From: Mobula hypostoma
Taxonomy: Eukaryota
DNA: 64,000 nt
NCBI RefSeq assembly: GCF_963921235.1
Contig: NC_086106.1
Coordinates: 19,034,001-19,098,000 of the forward strand
Direction of reading: 5' to 3'
The number at the start of each line of letters is the position of its first letter. Position 1 is the stretch's first letter. Shown in pieces: positions 62,470 through 64,000 of this stretch. Under the pieces are notes generated by a model. It did not search any database. It saw only the letters and a list, made by a program, of their open reading frames with translations, and was not told where the DNA came from. A program made the translations under genes and the position numbers.

Positions 62470-64000
62470 ATCTGGGCCTTTCAATGGTCAATAGGTTTCT
62501 GAGTTTTTTATGGCGGTTGGCCATACTGTTCCTGGTTTTGGGGAATGACCCTGGCCAGGTGATTGACCTTTCAGTGGGTTAACAGTTCGGGAATCATGAC
62601 CACAACTTGTTAACTTTCAGGATAGTTATCGACAAGAATAGGTATGGTCCTTGTGGAAGAGATTTAAATTGACACAGGGCAATTTACAAGGGCATTAGGC
62701 AGGAACGAAGAAGCGTTAATTGGGAACACCTTTTTTCTGGCAAGTCCACATCAGACAAAAGACCGTGAGACAGGAGCAGTATTAGGCCATTCAGCCCATC
62801 AAGGCTGCCCTGCCATTCCATCATGGCTCATCCTGGATTCCACTCAACCCCATACAGCTGCCTTCTCACCATATCCTCAGATGCCCTGACTGATCAGGAA
62901 AATATCAACTTGTGCCTTAAATATGCCCACAGAATTGGCCTCCACTGCAGTCTGTGGCAGACCATTCCACAGGTTCACTTTAGGCATCTGTAGTCTCGTG
63001 AAACCATGGATTTATGCCTTGGAAGTTTTCCAGGGCGCAGGCCTGGGCAAGGTTGTATCGAAGACCGGCAGTTGCCCCTGCTGCAAGTCTCCCCTCTCCA
63101 CGCCACTGATGTTGTCCAAAGGAAGGGACTCGGGCCAATACAGATTGGCACCAGTGTCGTCGTAGAGCAATGTGTGGTTAAGTGCCTTGCTCAAGGACAC
63201 AACACACTGCCTTAGCTGAGGCTCAAACCAGTGATCTTCAGATCACTAGACAGATGCCTTCACCATTTGGCCACACGCCAACACACAAATTCACTACTCT
63301 CAGGCTAAAAAAAAATCCTCCTTACCTCTGTTCTGAAAGATCCCCCTCAATTTTGAGACTGTGCACTCTTGTTCTGCATATTCCCACCATAGGAATCATC
63401 CTCTCTACATCCACCCTATCTCGTCCTTTCAACATTCGCTAGGTTTCCATGAGATCTGCCTGCATTCTTCTAAATTCCAGTGAGAACAGGCCCAACACTG
63501 CCAAACTCTCCTCATATGTTAACCCCTTCATTTCTGGAATTATCCTCGTGACTCTCTCCAATGAAAACACATCCTTTCTGAGATAAGGGGCCCAAAACTG
63601 TTGACAATACTCCAAGTGCGGCCTGATTAGTGTCTTTTAAAGCCTCAGCATTATCTCCTTGCCTTTATATTTTATTCCCATGAAATAAATGCTAATATTG
63701 CATTTGCCTTCTTCACCACAGACTCAACCTGTAAATTAAACTTCTGAGAGTCTTACACGAGGACTCCTAAGTCCCCTTGCACCTTTGTTGTTTGAACCTT
63801 CTCCCCATTTAGATTGTAGTCTGCACTATAGTTTCATTTACCAAAATGCATTATCTTGTATTTCCCAAGATTGTAATCCATCTGCCACTTTTTGCCCATT
63901 CTTCCAATTTATCTAAGTCCTACTGCAATTGCATTGCTTCCTCAGAACTACCTACCCCTCCACCTATCTTCATATCATCCACAAACTTTGCTACAGAGCC
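62470..64000. mobile_element. CR1 fragments (+ to ~62760, then a - strand 3' end) hosting a SINE
   Basis: Sequence parallels CR1 copies at 10.7-10.9 kb (+) and 7.4-8.3 kb (-). Confidence 0.7.
62980..63282 (-). mobile_element. tRNA-derived V-SINE (HE1-like)
   Basis: Reverse strand has a tRNA-like head (GTGGCCAAATGG...GGTTTGAGCC) and GTGTCCTTGAGCAAGGCACTTAAC, which I recall as a V-SINE core; flanked by CACAGGTTCACT/CACAAATTCACT, an imperfect TSD within CR1. Confidence 0.7.

Overview
Vertebrate genomic DNA from a cartilaginous fish (shark/ray; inferred from the minilocus Ig organisation and repeat families). It holds one unrearranged, cluster-type immunoglobulin heavy-chain gene on the + strand (about 23.9-51.3 kb) in a background of decayed retroelements (CR1, Rex1/Babar, RTE, Penelope, SINEs, one Ty3/Gypsy element). 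Layout read from the sequence: TATA, leader exon, VH(23-RSS), D1(12/23), D2(12/12), JH, 7.2 kb intron, C1, C2, separate Cys-rich secretory exon, C3, C4, C5, C6 with tailpiece and polyA signal, a second intact C3-like/C4-like exon pair, and a transmembrane exon. This architecture identifies IgW (IgX/IgD lineage), not IgM. Main points: (1) two intact, diverged constant-domain exons lie after the secretory C6 exon and its polyA signal, so they appear usable only in membrane-bound receptor transcripts; (2) C1 has an apparent 1-nt frameshift just before its splice donor; (3) the JH RSS nonamer is very degenerate; (4) a probable relic of a second secretory exon precedes C5. Ig exon and RSS coordinates were counted by hand from splice signals; transposon boundaries are approximate and family calls come from recalled motifs, not database searches.
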